Assembly: GCA_033763455.1 (NCBI GenBank)
Contig: JANRKO010000006.1
Coordinates: 128,001-192,000, forward strand
Direction: 5' to 3'
Length of the DNA stretch: 64,000 bases
DNA from: Polyangiaceae bacterium
GTDB taxonomy: Bacteria > Myxococcota_A > Polyangia > Polyangiales > Polyangiaceae
The notes beneath the pieces are model-generated. The model saw only the letters and a list, made by a program, of their open reading frames with translations, did not search any database and was not told the origin of the DNA. Positions within the stretch are counted from its first letter, which is position 1. Each line of letters begins with the position of its first letter. Made by a program: the position numbers and the translations under genes. Positions 27,912 through 37,891 of this stretch are shown piece after piece.

Positions 27912-28646
27912 TCATTCGATCTTGGTGCGTTGAGCTTTGCGTTGGATGTCGAAGTGAAAGTGGTTCTTGTGAGCGCGATTGAAATTAGGGGTTAACATGT
28001 GGTGAAAAACGCCCGCTTCGAAAGTGGCGCATGCAATCTCGCGCAGGCGCTTGGCGTTGAATGGGATGCTCGGCGGAGGTTTGTCCGGACAGACGGGGTC
28101 GCCGATCTTCCCTTGCCAATCCTTTTCGACGTTGAGCACACTTCCGTCGCCGAGTTCAAACTCCGTGATGTCCGCTGCGAGCCCATAGGCATGTTGGCTT
28201 TTCTTGCGACTTCCTGGAAGACGGGCTCGCGGGCGATAAAGGTTGTCTACCCGTACGCTCACGACGTCGAAGCGGGTCAACACCTCGCTGAATTGCGCGA
28301 GTGCGAGCACAAACCGACAGTCGAGCAACCCGTAGGGGCTCTTCGCGCCCGCCGTACGGAACCTGACGCTGCCTAGGGGGCCCGTAATGCGCACCGGTAA
28401 CGCGATGCCACTTGCTGCTGTGCGCACCCGCACCACCGAGGCCCCAAAGCGCCCGAGTTCCGCACCACAGGCTTTGGGGCTAAGGCGAGAGAAATGATCC
28501 GCTGAGGATGCCTCGGGCTTAAGGGGTCGAGCCCCTCGGTGGGGCGCACTTGGCGCCGGACGCGTAGGGGGGCGCTTGCGGGCGGCTGCCGCCGGCTCAG
28601 AGGAAAGGAGGAGCAGCAGGAGTGCGAGTCCGCTTTGGGCCTTCAT
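27912..28646 (-). CDS. Extensin-like C-terminal domain protein (peptidase M15-like fold)
   Basis: Signal peptide; SQHAYGLAADI; LTPNFNRAHKNHFHFD. Confidence 0.85.
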   Translation of the reverse strand: MKAQSGLALLLLLLSSEPAAAARKRPPTRPAPSAPHRGARPLKPEASSADHFSRLSPKACGAELGRFGASVVRVRTAASGIALPVRITGPLGSVRFRTAGAKSPYGLLDCRFVLALAQFSEVLTRFDVVSVRVDNLYRPRARLPGSRKKSQHAYGLAADITEFELGDGSVLNVEKDWQGKIGDPVCPDKPPPSIPFNAKRLREIACATFEAGVFHHMLTPNFNRAHKNHFHFDIQRKAQRTKIE

Positions 28647-28825
28647 CTGGGCAGCTTAGTGGAAGATGCGTCGATTTTCGGCCTTTCTGAGCACAACTTG
28701 AAACAAACCTCGGGTTAAGGGGGGTGCTCGTGGAAGGTTTTCGGTCGCTGCCCTTCATTTCGCGTTTGGAGCGAGCGCGGCCAATGCACTATCACTGCAG
28801 AGCTCTGTCCCCACGCTGAGGTTGA

Positions 28826-30316
28826 ATGTTCATCGATGCGCTAAGCTTGCCCGACGGAACCGAACTTGAGGCCGATGTCGTAATTGCAGGTGGGGGAGCA
28901 GCTGGCATTTCGCTGGCCCGCAGGCTTTCGGCGGCCGGGGTTTCGGTAGTGCTGCTGGAAAGTGGGGGGCACGAGTTCGACGCCGCGACCCAAGCGCTTG
29001 CGTTGGGAGAAAATAGCGGGGCCGACTACTGGGCACTCGATACCGCCAGGCTTCGTTATTTTGGAGGTACCACGAATCACTGGACGGGTTGGTGTCGACC
29101 TCTCGACCCTCACGATTTTGAAAAGCGCCCCTGGGTGCAACAGAGTGGCTGGCCTCTTTCACGCGCGGATCTAGATCCCTATTACCGCCAAGCACACGAG
29201 CTGTGTGAACTCGGCGAGTTCAATTACGATCCCAAACATTGGGCCGAAAAAACCAAGACGCAGCTATTGCCTTTGGACGAGACACCTTTGCTGTCCACGC
29301 TGTGGCAGCTCAGCACGCCGACGCGCTTCGGCCCCAAATACCGAGAAAGCCTGCTCAACGCCACGAACGTGCGTGTCGTGTTGCATACGAACGTGGTTGC
29401 CCTCGAAAATGGCCAGGACGAAAAGGTGGTACAGGGCGTGACCGCTCGCACCCTCAGCGGCATTTCTCTGCGTGTAAAAGCGCGCGCTACGGTGCTTGCC
29501 TTGGGTGGGCTCGACAACGCCCGCATGCTTTTGATTGGCAATGGGGGTCGCCCTGGAGGCATCGGTAATGATCATGGTCTCGTGGGTCGCTATTTTGCGG
29601 ATCACCCGCACTCGGCGGTTGGGATCCTTCTATGCAACGCCTCGCAAGAGCAGATGCGTTTGTATCAGGACGTGGTGGATGTGGGCCGCCCGGCGGCGAT
29701 CCAAGCGTCCCTCGGTATCAAGCCGGAGGTGCTCAAAGAGCAGCGCTTGCTCGGGTTCAGTGCTATTTTGCGCCCCGTAACGCACGAGCCGCCATACCCT
29801 GCGGCACAAGCGAAAGCTGTAGCGGCACTCTGGGACGGGCAGAAATCGAAAGACGTGTTTCCGTTGGAGCTATTCATTCGAACGGAGCAGCTCCCTGATG
29901 CGGAAAGCCGGCTTACGCTGAGTTCAAAGAAGGATGCGCTTGGAGTGCCAAAGCTCAAGCTCCATTGGCATCACCACTCGCAAACTCTCGACAGCATCAA
30001 ACGAGGCGTGGAGCTTCTGGCTGGCGCCTTCGGTCAAATCGGCCTTGGGCGCGTGCATAGCTACATTCACGCGGGCATTGAGGTGCCCGGAGCGTGGCCC
30101 GAAATTGCAGGTGGGAACCATCACATAGGCACCACTCGCATGGCCGAGGATCCCAAGCAGGGCGTTGTGGATCCGCATTGCAAAGTATTTGGGATGGAGA
30201 ATCTTTTCGTGGCCGGCAGCTCCGTATACCCCACCACCGGCTACGCCAATCCTACGTTGACGCTCGTCGCTCTGGCCTTAAGGCTAGGGGATCATCTCGC
30301 AAAGACTCTGAGCTAG
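28826..30316 (+). CDS. GMC family FAD oxidoreductase
   Basis: GGGAAG; GGTTNHW; HHIGTTRM; GVVD; NLFVAGSSV; ANPTLT. Confidence 0.93.
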   Translation: MFIDALSLPDGTELEADVVIAGGGAAGISLARRLSAAGVSVVLLESGGHEFDAATQALALGENSGADYWALDTARLRYFGGTTNHWTGWCRPLDPHDFEKRPWVQQSGWPLSRADLDPYYRQAHELCELGEFNYDPKHWAEKTKTQLLPLDETPLLSTLWQLSTPTRFGPKYRESLLNATNVRVVLHTNVVALENGQDEKVVQGVTARTLSGISLRVKARATVLALGGLDNARMLLIGNGGRPGGIGNDHGLVGRYFADHPHSAVGILLCNASQEQMRLYQDVVDVGRPAAIQASLGIKPEVLKEQRLLGFSAILRPVTHEPPYPAAQAKAVAALWDGQKSKDVFPLELFIRTEQLPDAESRLTLSSKKDALGVPKLKLHWHHHSQTLDSIKRGVELLAGAFGQIGLGRVHSYIHAGIEVPGAWPEIAGGNHHIGTTRMAEDPKQGVVDPHCKVFGMENLFVAGSSVYPTTGYANPTLTLVALALRLGDHLAKTLS

Positions 30317-30339
30317 CCTGCTAACACTCGTTTTCTTCT

Positions 30340-30801
30340 ATGACTCAACCTCAAGATCCCCAGGCCACACCTGAAGTTCGCCGATCGTTGCGAGTGAGTC
30401 GCCGCGCAGCTGGAATCATGGGCGGTGGCATTATTGTTGTACTGTTTGGCACCGGGGTGGCGATCATGGGTACCGCTTCCTCCAAGCTTCGCCCCTACCG
30501 CAAACTGGGTGCAAGGCTTATGGCGGTATTCGGCAACGGGCCGGCCCTGGCCGCCATCGGGCAAACTCAGCTTCCCGGAGTCTCTCCTCTGCAACAGTGG
30601 GAGGCGCTGCGTGGTCAGTTTGAGAAGGCGGGGAATGTTGAGCGCTGGCTCGACGCACCAGAGGCTGAGTTACCACAAGCCGTGATGAACGCCGCCAAGG
30701 CTGATTTCAAGCAGGGCTCCATCAAGCCGTGCGCAGGGTGGCTGCTCAGCAAAACCGAAGCCTCGCTGTGTGCGAGCGTTGCTCTTACGGTGCAGAGTTA
30801 G
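30340..30801 (+). CDS. Small protein with Tat-like signal, probable GMC partner subunit
   Basis: VSRRAAG + hydrophobic stretch; C-terminal DFKQG....GWLLSKTEA.LCA. Confidence 0.55.
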   Translation: MTQPQDPQATPEVRRSLRVSRRAAGIMGGGIIVVLFGTGVAIMGTASSKLRPYRKLGARLMAVFGNGPALAAIGQTQLPGVSPLQQWEALRGQFEKAGNVERWLDAPEAELPQAVMNAAKADFKQGSIKPCAGWLLSKTEASLCASVALTVQS

Positions 30802-30805
30802 CTAG

Positions 30806-31525
30806 ATGCAATGTGTAGTGTTAGCTGGCGGCCTTGGGACCAGAATGCGGCCGCTCACCGAAACGGTGCCCAAGGTGCTATTGCCTGTGCTTGGCGTCCC
30901 CTTCCTAGATCATCAGCTGCGCTGGCTGTCGACACACGGGGTCACGGAAGTGGTGCTTTCGGTCGGGTATTTGGGGGAAATGGTGGAAGCGCACCTGGCG
31001 TTCGCAACACCCCCTGGGCTCTCGGTGCGAATTGTCCACGAGGGGCCAACTTTGCTCGGAACCGCCGGGGCGCTGCGCCTGGCTTGTGACCGTGGCTACC
31101 TAGCTGAGGAGTTCCTCCTCACCTACGGAGATTCGTATCTCCCGGTGGATTTTGGCGCTATTGGGCGAGCCTTCCGCGAGTCTGGGCGCGCGGCCCTCAT
31201 GTCCGTATTTAAGAACGATGGGCGTTGGGACACCAGCAACGTGGTGTACGACGCCCAACGGCACTTGGTGACCTTGTACGACAAGAAGCGAGTTCTCCTT
31301 CCTATCTCCGAATTTCGTTATATTGACTACGGGTTATCCGCATTTGCGCGCGAAACTGTGCTACGGGAAATTCCCTCTTCCACCAAGTACGACCTAGCGG
31401 AGGTATTTCAAGGGCTCAGCTTGCGCGGAGAATTGGCGGGTGCCGAGGTTTTTGAGCGGTTCTATGAAGTAGGTTCGCCACAAGGGCTCTCCGATCTCGA
31501 AAAGCACTTAGAAGGTGGAACATGA
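30806..31525 (+). CDS. hddC: Sugar-1-phosphate nucleotidyltransferase (HddC-like)
   Basis: LAGGLGTRM.P....PK; LGTAGAL; YGDS; lies among gmhA/gmhB/hddA homologs. Confidence 0.75.
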   Translation: MQCVVLAGGLGTRMRPLTETVPKVLLPVLGVPFLDHQLRWLSTHGVTEVVLSVGYLGEMVEAHLAFATPPGLSVRIVHEGPTLLGTAGALRLACDRGYLAEEFLLTYGDSYLPVDFGAIGRAFRESGRAALMSVFKNDGRWDTSNVVYDAQRHLVTLYDKKRVLLPISEFRYIDYGLSAFARETVLREIPSSTKYDLAEVFQGLSLRGELAGAEVFERFYEVGSPQGLSDLEKHLEGGT

Positions 31526-32097
31526 AGCGGCGGGGTCTCATCGTTCTCGATCGCGACGGAGTCTTGAACCGTATGGTATGGCGCAGTGCGGCTGAGCCAG
31601 TCGATAGCCCGCTCTTTGCGCAAGAGGTGGAGATCTTGCCGGGTGTGCCGGAGACGTTGCGCAGGCTTATGGATGCAGGCTTCACTCTCAACATTGCGAG
31701 CAATCAGCCCGCTTATGCTAAGGGCAAGGTGTCGTTAGAAGATCTAAAGGCCACCCACGCCCGGGTGATTTCGCTCGTCCAGAGCGCGGGTGCTCGCATC
31801 CAACAATCCTATATTTGCTTTCATCGCGCTGAAGATGGTTGCGATTGTCGCAAACCACGCACAGGACTTCTGGAGGCGGCGCTACGCGGTTTTCCCGAGG
31901 GTTCGCCCTCGACGTCGTGGATGGTTGGGGATCGCGCTGTCGATGTTATTGCCGGGGCTACCCTAGGATTTTCGACAGCCCTTTTGGGGCTTTCGACGGC
32001 GGCTGAAGATGAACGCCTTGCACAGGCCGGGGTTCAGCCTTCCTTTCGGGGGCCGGATCTGACAGGCTTCGCCAACTTCTTGCTGGGTGAGGCCTAA
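31522..32097 (+). CDS. gmhB: Heptose 1,7-bisphosphate phosphatase
   Basis: LDRDGVLN; SNQ; CFH.....CDCRKP; WMVGDR..D. Confidence 0.9.
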   Translation: MKRRGLIVLDRDGVLNRMVWRSAAEPVDSPLFAQEVEILPGVPETLRRLMDAGFTLNIASNQPAYAKGKVSLEDLKATHARVISLVQSAGARIQQSYICFHRAEDGCDCRKPRTGLLEAALRGFPEGSPSTSWMVGDRAVDVIAGATLGFSTALLGLSTAAEDERLAQAGVQPSFRGPDLTGFANFLLGEA

Positions 32098-32100
32098 CCG

Positions 32101-32811
32101 ATGTTACCTACTATCAAGCTTTTTTCCGATGGAGCAGATCTCACATCACTGCTCGAAATGGCGGCGAATCCTAGGATTTCAGGGTTCACCACCAACCCCA
32201 CGCTGATGCGAAAGGCGGGTGTCAGTGATTACGCCGCGTTCGCGCAGGAAGTGCTGCGCCACATCAAAGATCGACCGATCTCGTTTGAGGTGTTCGCGGA
32301 CGAGTTCAAAGAGATGGGGCGACAGGCGAAGATTATCGCCGGCTGGGGGGCTAACGTGTACGTCAAGATCCCGATCAGCAACACCCGGGGGGAGTCATCT
32401 CTGCCGCTAGTGAGGGCTCTCTCTGTCACCGAGAAGGTGCAGCTCAACGTGACGGCGCTGTGCACCCTGGAGCAAGTACACGGCGTTACTCAAGCTGTAG
32501 TGGGGGGTGCACCAGCAGTGGTATCCGTGTTCGCCGGGCGCATTGCCGATACCGGGCGCGACCCCGTGCCGTTTATGAAGGCTGCCCGCGCCATTTGTGA
32601 TGCATCGGGGGCTTCGGCTGAGCTCCTATGGGCGAGCCCGCGCGAGCTGCTCAACATTGTTCAAGCGGAGCAATGCGGAGCGCATATCATCACGGTTCCT
32701 CCCGACATGCTCAAGAAAATGAACCTCTTCGGCAAGAGCTTGGGCGAATACAGCCTGGAAACCGTGCGCATGTTTCATCGAGATGCCGAAGCCGCAGGAT
32801 ACAAGCTATGA
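32101..32811 (+). CDS. tal: Transaldolase (short type)
   Basis: GFTTNPTL; ISFEV; VYVKIP; NVTA; SVFAGRI; WASPRE. Confidence 0.9.
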   Translation: MLPTIKLFSDGADLTSLLEMAANPRISGFTTNPTLMRKAGVSDYAAFAQEVLRHIKDRPISFEVFADEFKEMGRQAKIIAGWGANVYVKIPISNTRGESSLPLVRALSVTEKVQLNVTALCTLEQVHGVTQAVVGGAPAVVSVFAGRIADTGRDPVPFMKAARAICDASGASAELLWASPRELLNIVQAEQCGAHIITVPPDMLKKMNLFGKSLGEYSLETVRMFHRDAEAAGYKL

Positions 32812-33413
32812 GCGTTAGTGAATTTACAGCACTTTTTCTCCAAGAAAGTGCCCAGTTGATCCGAGCCTTGGACGGCGTTGCTATTGATCGTGTTGCCGAA
32901 GGGCTCGCTGCCGCTCGCGACCGAGGTGGGCGCCTATTCATTCTTGGAGTAGGGGGATCTGCGGGGCACGCGAGCCATGCAGTCAACGATTTTCGTAAGC
33001 TGTGCGCGTTCGAAGCTTACGCACCGACAGACAACGTTTCTGAGCTTACGGCGCGTGTGAATGATGAAGGGTGGGACACGAGCTTTTCGGAATGGCTCAA
33101 GGTCTCCCGCTTGGGCTCGGCGGATTCCGTGCTTGTGTTCTCGGTTGGCGGAGGCAGCAAGGCGAAAAACATTTCTGCCAATTTGGTGCTGGCGCTCGAA
33201 CACGCAAAAGCTGTTGGGGCTCGCGTGTTCGGCATCGTGGGTAAGGATGGCGGCTACACTGCACAAGTGGCGGATGGGTGCGTCATCATTCCCACAGCTT
33301 CGCCTGAGCGTATTACGCCGCATACGGAGGGTCTATGCGCCGTGGTGTGGCATCTCTTGGTCAGCCACCCTGCGCTGAAGCGCGCGCCAACGAAGTGGGA
33401 ATCCACCAAGTGA
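32808..33413 (+). CDS. gmhA: Sedoheptulose-7-phosphate isomerase (SIS domain)
   Basis: ATG 32808 overlaps tal stop; GVGGSAGHASH; TARVND.G; GKDGG. Confidence 0.85.
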   Translation: MSVSEFTALFLQESAQLIRALDGVAIDRVAEGLAAARDRGGRLFILGVGGSAGHASHAVNDFRKLCAFEAYAPTDNVSELTARVNDEGWDTSFSEWLKVSRLGSADSVLVFSVGGGSKAKNISANLVLALEHAKAVGARVFGIVGKDGGYTAQVADGCVIIPTASPERITPHTEGLCAVVWHLLVSHPALKRAPTKWESTK

Positions 33414-33435
33414 GGCCTTGGGACCTCAAGCTACT

Positions 33436-34434
33436 ATGAATCAAAACTGGAAGAATACGATCGCTGGCACCCGCTTCTTTGTCGTAGGCGGCGCGGGTTT
33501 CATCGGGGCTCACTTTGTCGATTGGCTTCTCGGCGAAGGCGGCGCGAGCGGTGTCACCGTCTACGACAACTTCACCTCGGGCCGCGAGTGGCACATCCAA
33601 CAGCACAGCACGGATCATCGGTTTCGCTTGGTGCGAGGTAATGTTGAAGATTTAACGGCTCTGCGCCAAGCCATGGACGGACACGAAGTGGTAATCCATC
33701 TTGCCTCGAATCCGGATATCGCGAGGGCCGCCACGGAGCCGGATATCGATTTTTGGCAAGGTACGGCGCTCACTCAGTCGGTCGTGGAAGCCATGCGTGT
33801 AACGAGTGCCAAGCGGATCCTGTATGCCTCAGGTAGCGGGGTGTATGGGGACCTAGGCACCCAGGAGATCTCAGAGGATCAGAGATCGCTGCTCCCGATT
33901 TCCACCTACGGTGCTAGCAAGCTCGCGGGCGAAGCTCTCATCGCCAGCTACACCTTTATGTTCGGCCTTTCTGGGTGCGCGTTTCGCTTTGGCAACGTCG
34001 TGGGGCCCAGGCAAACGCACGGTGTCGGTTTCGATTTCGCTCGTCGGCTACTCGACGATCCAACCCGCCTGCGCATCTTAGGGGATGGTTCGCAGGCAAA
34101 GTCTTACGTGCACATTTCAGACATTATCGCCGCTGTAATGCTCGCTCACACGAAAACCCCCACGCCCTATGACGTTTACAACGTGGGCACGGGGGACACG
34201 ATCACCGTGAGCGAGATTGCCGAGCTCGCTGTTAGCTGCGTCGGGGTAAACCGCGAGGACGTCACCTTTGAATTTACCGGCGGCGACCGCGGCTGGAAGG
34301 GCGACGTTCCCATCGTTCGCCTGAACACCGACAAAATCCAAGGCTTGGGCTGGAAGTGTGCCCACACCTCGGGGCAAGCGCTGAAACGCGCCATTGAGGC
34401 TATGATTCCGGAAATGAAGGCAGGGCGGATGTAA
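33436..34434 (+). CDS. NAD-dependent nucleotide-sugar epimerase/dehydratase
   Basis: GGAGFIG; HLA; YGASK; RFGNVVGP; GDGSQ. Confidence 0.92.
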   Translation: MNQNWKNTIAGTRFFVVGGAGFIGAHFVDWLLGEGGASGVTVYDNFTSGREWHIQQHSTDHRFRLVRGNVEDLTALRQAMDGHEVVIHLASNPDIARAATEPDIDFWQGTALTQSVVEAMRVTSAKRILYASGSGVYGDLGTQEISEDQRSLLPISTYGASKLAGEALIASYTFMFGLSGCAFRFGNVVGPRQTHGVGFDFARRLLDDPTRLRILGDGSQAKSYVHISDIIAAVMLAHTKTPTPYDVYNVGTGDTITVSEIAELAVSCVGVNREDVTFEFTGGDRGWKGDVPIVRLNTDKIQGLGWKCAHTSGQALKRAIEAMIPEMKAGRM

Positions 34435-35657
34435 TGTTGCAAGTCCCCTCAAGCACCTCGCCCGGTGCTGACCCAGAGGTCAGCCTACACGTTCCGGAGA
34501 AGGACGTTGCCGCGCCCGAGCTTTCGATCGTGATCCCGGCGTTAAACGAACAGCTCACCATCAGTGATTTTGTCGAGTGGTGCCACGAGGGTATGAAGAA
34601 GGCTGGCGTGAGCGGCGAAATCCTGATCGTTGATAGCGGAAAAGATCAAACACTAGAGCTTGCACTTGCGGGTGGTGCCCGGGTTCTGAAGACACCAAAG
34701 CGCGGCCTGGGGCGTGCCTATCAAGATGCGCTTCCGTTTATCCGCGGTAAATACGTGGTGATGGGGGATTGCGACTGCACCTATGATTTTCGTGAGCTCG
34801 CTCCGTTTGTCGAGAAGTTCCGCGGCGGCGCGGAATTCGTGATGGGGTCGCGCTTTCGAGGCTTCATTGAGCCCGGTGCCATGCCGCCCCTCCATCGCTA
34901 CCTTGGCACACCCGTCACCACCTGGATCCTGAACACCATTTTCTCTAGCTATTTTTCGGACATCCACTGCGGTATGCGGGGGATCACGAAGGAGGCTCTG
35001 GAGCGCATGGATTTGCGCTCTCAATCCTGGGAATACGCCTCCGAGATGGTCCTGAAGTCGGTCCACATGCAGCTGCGTACTGAAGAAGTGCCCATTCGTT
35101 TTTTGAAGGACCGCGATGGGCGATTGAGCCACCACAAGCGCTCTGGGTGGTTCTCTCCATGGCATGCCGCCTGGATCAACCTGCGTGCCATGTTCATCTA
35201 CGGGGCAGATTTCTTCTTGTTCAAGCCCGGTCTTGTGCTCCTTACCCTGGGCCTGCTGCTGACCTTTCCTTTGTCGCTTGGCCCGGTAACCTTAGGCCCT
35301 ATCACCTTTTCACTGCACTGGATGCTGCTCGGAATGTCCCTAGCGCTGCTTGGGCTGCAGTGCGTGTACATGGGGATCCTGGCGCAGGTATTTTTTGACT
35401 ACGGAGGAGCGGTAACGGCCAAGTGGTTTCAACGTTTCAGCTACACACGCGCTGTAGCGCTTTCAGCCCTCATGTTTATTGTTGGCCTCGGCTTTGCCGG
35501 ATTGCTGACGTACTCTTACCTCGCGAATGGCTACAGGCTACCTGCTTCCACGAATAACCTTGGCTTCACGGGGCTTTTGTTGATGATTATGGGGTTCATG
35601 ACGTTCACTTTTACTTTGATTTTGCATTCGACAGCGGTGGCGGTCCGCCGCCGGTGA
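34434..35657 (+). CDS. GT2 glycosyltransferase, DPM-synthase-like, with C-terminal TM helices
   Basis: SIVIPALNE; VDS..D.T; MGDCDCTY; MGSRF; SDIHCGMR; about 4 C-terminal TM segments. Confidence 0.9.
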   Translation: MLQVPSSTSPGADPEVSLHVPEKDVAAPELSIVIPALNEQLTISDFVEWCHEGMKKAGVSGEILIVDSGKDQTLELALAGGARVLKTPKRGLGRAYQDALPFIRGKYVVMGDCDCTYDFRELAPFVEKFRGGAEFVMGSRFRGFIEPGAMPPLHRYLGTPVTTWILNTIFSSYFSDIHCGMRGITKEALERMDLRSQSWEYASEMVLKSVHMQLRTEEVPIRFLKDRDGRLSHHKRSGWFSPWHAAWINLRAMFIYGADFFLFKPGLVLLTLGLLLTFPLSLGPVTLGPITFSLHWMLLGMSLALLGLQCVYMGILAQVFFDYGGAVTAKWFQRFSYTRAVALSALMFIVGLGFAGLLTYSYLANGYRLPASTNNLGFTGLLLMIMGFMTFTFTLILHSTAVAVRRR

Positions 35658-36271
35658 GCGCGGAACGCGAAGAGGCATTCGGCCAAGGCTACGCACCTAC
35701 GGCGGTGGATCGCTTTGGTGTTTGGCTTTCAGCGCGCCAAATCCGAAGGTTTGCCCCGTCTTTTGCTGGCAAACGGATTGCAGATCTGGGCTGTGGGTAC
35801 CACGCTGCCTTCACGCGTACGGTGCTCGATCAGGTTTCGAGTGCACTGTTGGTGGATGTCGATCTCGCGAGTGACCTCGTGCAGCATCCCAAGGTGCGGG
35901 CGATTCGCGGCGGGCTTCCGGAGTCTCTCGCGGAGCTCCCTGGTGCAAGCTTGGACATCGTGATGATTGTGTCCGTGCTCGAACACCTTTGGGAGCCTCT
36001 GCAAACACTGCAGGAAATACGGCGTTTGCTGGCACCCGGAGGCACTTGTCTGGTGAACGTGCCTTCCTGGCGTGGGAAACATTACCTGGAGCTTTCCGCA
36101 TTCAAGCTTGGCCTTTCGCCTGCGTCGGAAATGGACGACCATAAAATCTACTACGACGTAAAAGATCTGTGGCCCTTGCTCGTGAAGGCGGGTTGGAGGC
36201 CTAGCGAGATCCAGTGTTTCTCGCATAAATTCGGCCTGAATACGTTCGCGGCGTGCAGGCTTGGGGGCTAG
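35654..36271 (+). CDS. Class I SAM-dependent methyltransferase
   Basis: ADLGCG; VLEHL; LAPGG. Confidence 0.88.
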   Translation: MSAEREEAFGQGYAPTAVDRFGVWLSARQIRRFAPSFAGKRIADLGCGYHAAFTRTVLDQVSSALLVDVDLASDLVQHPKVRAIRGGLPESLAELPGASLDIVMIVSVLEHLWEPLQTLQEIRRLLAPGGTCLVNVPSWRGKHYLELSAFKLGLSPASEMDDHKIYYDVKDLWPLLVKAGWRPSEIQCFSHKFGLNTFAACRLGG

Positions 36272-36272
36272 G

Positions 36273-37814
36273 GTGAAAAAAACGCTTGTCCGAGACCCAG
36301 GCGCGCGGTTTGGCGATCTGATTGCCATTTTGTGCGTCACCCTGGTTCATCGGGTGCTTGGCCAGAAGTTTCTTTGGGCACCGTTTAGCTTTGATGAACA
36401 CTACTTTCTGCATCCTGGCTGGTCGATGACGAAGGGGCTGGTCCCCTACCGAGACTTCCAAGATTTTAAGCCGCCGATGATCTTCGTGGTCAATTGGCTA
36501 GGCGTTGAGCTCTTTGGGCTTGATGGCTCAGGGTACCGCCAGCTGCTTTCGCTCCTTTCCCTGGGGGCTTTCCTCTGGGTGACCATTGCACTCCTCAGCC
36601 GAGGCACAAATCGGTGGTTTACGGTGTCCGTCGTTGCTCTGCTGATTCACCACTTCTTCGACGGTGGGTTTCACGATTCGAGTATCAATAACTCGGAGAG
36701 CGTTGGCTTGAATTTCATGATCATGGGGGTGGGGGTATTACTCACTCATACGAATTGGGTGCGTTCGCAGCTCTTCCTCGGAGGGTGTTTGCTTGCACTT
36801 GCACCGATGAGCAAGGAACCATTCGCTCTTCCAGTAGTCGCCGCGTGGGTTACCTTATTGTGCATGCAATGGTGGGGCTCTGCGCGGGTCGGTGCCGTCA
36901 AGCGCTTCGTAATCTATACAACTGGAGGCGTGGTGTTCGTTGCTTCCGTCTGGCTTGGCTACATGCTGCTGACTCAGTCGTTTGGGTGGTACATCGTTCA
37001 GTTCAAGCTCAATCTCGCTTACGCCGGCAACTACGCGTACCAGATGGGGTGGTTCCCAAGGAACCCTGCGCGTGGCGTTTGGGGGGAGTGTTGGCACCGG
37101 CTTAGGGAGGCCTATATCAACTCCGCCCACCTCGCCATTTTTGTGCCTTTTTTCGCCGCTCTCGTGGCGCTCTGGTGGAAGTGTCGCCCCCTCGTCGTGG
37201 CCGGCACCGTACTCACACTGGCGTCGGCGGTTTACGCGGTCACGATTGGTCGCGCCTTTGCCCCTCACTATTACATAATGGCCATGAGCGGCGTGTTTAT
37301 TTACGTTATCGTTAGTGTCATCGCCATTGACGAGCAGCTACGCACCATCAACGGCAAGATCTATCATTGGGTATCTCTTTCGTGGGTCGTTACCGTGCTC
37401 GTGGCTGTTGGCCCACGGCTGTCGGATGAGTGGGAGGCTTATTCAACCTACAAGCCTCCGCAGCCACCTGTATCCCAGGCAGACATTGCGCTCGTGAGGG
37501 CTTACAGCAGCCCCGGGGACAGGATTTGGACCCTTGGAGATCCGCTCCTTTACGTGTACTCGGACAGGCTGAATGCCGTTCGTGAAGGCATCGTGATCGA
37601 CGAAATCATTTCGTATCACCCTGGGCAGACGGACGAAGAAAGGCTGGCGGGGCAACGGGCTGAGTTACTGGCAAATCGGCCCAAACTTGTTATCTTTGGG
37701 GAAGATCCGGTTTCTTATACACGCAAGGAGCGCTACATCCGCTCCCTTGTTCGGCCCTTCCTCAAGGAAGCGGGCTACAAGCAGATTAGCGACAAGCTTT
37801 TTGTACGACCCTGA
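36273..37814 (+). CDS. GT-C-type (PMT/ArnT-like) membrane glycosyltransferase
   Basis: FDEHYF...G.VPYRDFQDFKPP after the first hydrophobic segment; many TM segments; PHYY; soluble C-terminal domain. Confidence 0.7.
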   Translation: MKKTLVRDPGARFGDLIAILCVTLVHRVLGQKFLWAPFSFDEHYFLHPGWSMTKGLVPYRDFQDFKPPMIFVVNWLGVELFGLDGSGYRQLLSLLSLGAFLWVTIALLSRGTNRWFTVSVVALLIHHFFDGGFHDSSINNSESVGLNFMIMGVGVLLTHTNWVRSQLFLGGCLLALAPMSKEPFALPVVAAWVTLLCMQWWGSARVGAVKRFVIYTTGGVVFVASVWLGYMLLTQSFGWYIVQFKLNLAYAGNYAYQMGWFPRNPARGVWGECWHRLREAYINSAHLAIFVPFFAALVALWWKCRPLVVAGTVLTLASAVYAVTIGRAFAPHYYIMAMSGVFIYVIVSVIAIDEQLRTINGKIYHWVSLSWVVTVLVAVGPRLSDEWEAYSTYKPPQPPVSQADIALVRAYSSPGDRIWTLGDPLLYVYSDRLNAVREGIVIDEIISYHPGQTDEERLAGQRAELLANRPKLVIFGEDPVSYTRKERYIRSLVRPFLKEAGYKQISDKLFVRP

Positions 37815-37891
37815 TGCAGATTGATGCTCGTTCCTTGCAAATATCGCGCTCTGCCCGGGTCCCGTGCTACTGACGCTACACAGCTACCCCC

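Noticed and set aside
32628..32807. N-terminal extension of gmhA in the ORF track
   Set aside because: Lies inside tal; ATG 32808 gives a normal-length GmhA with ATGA coupling.
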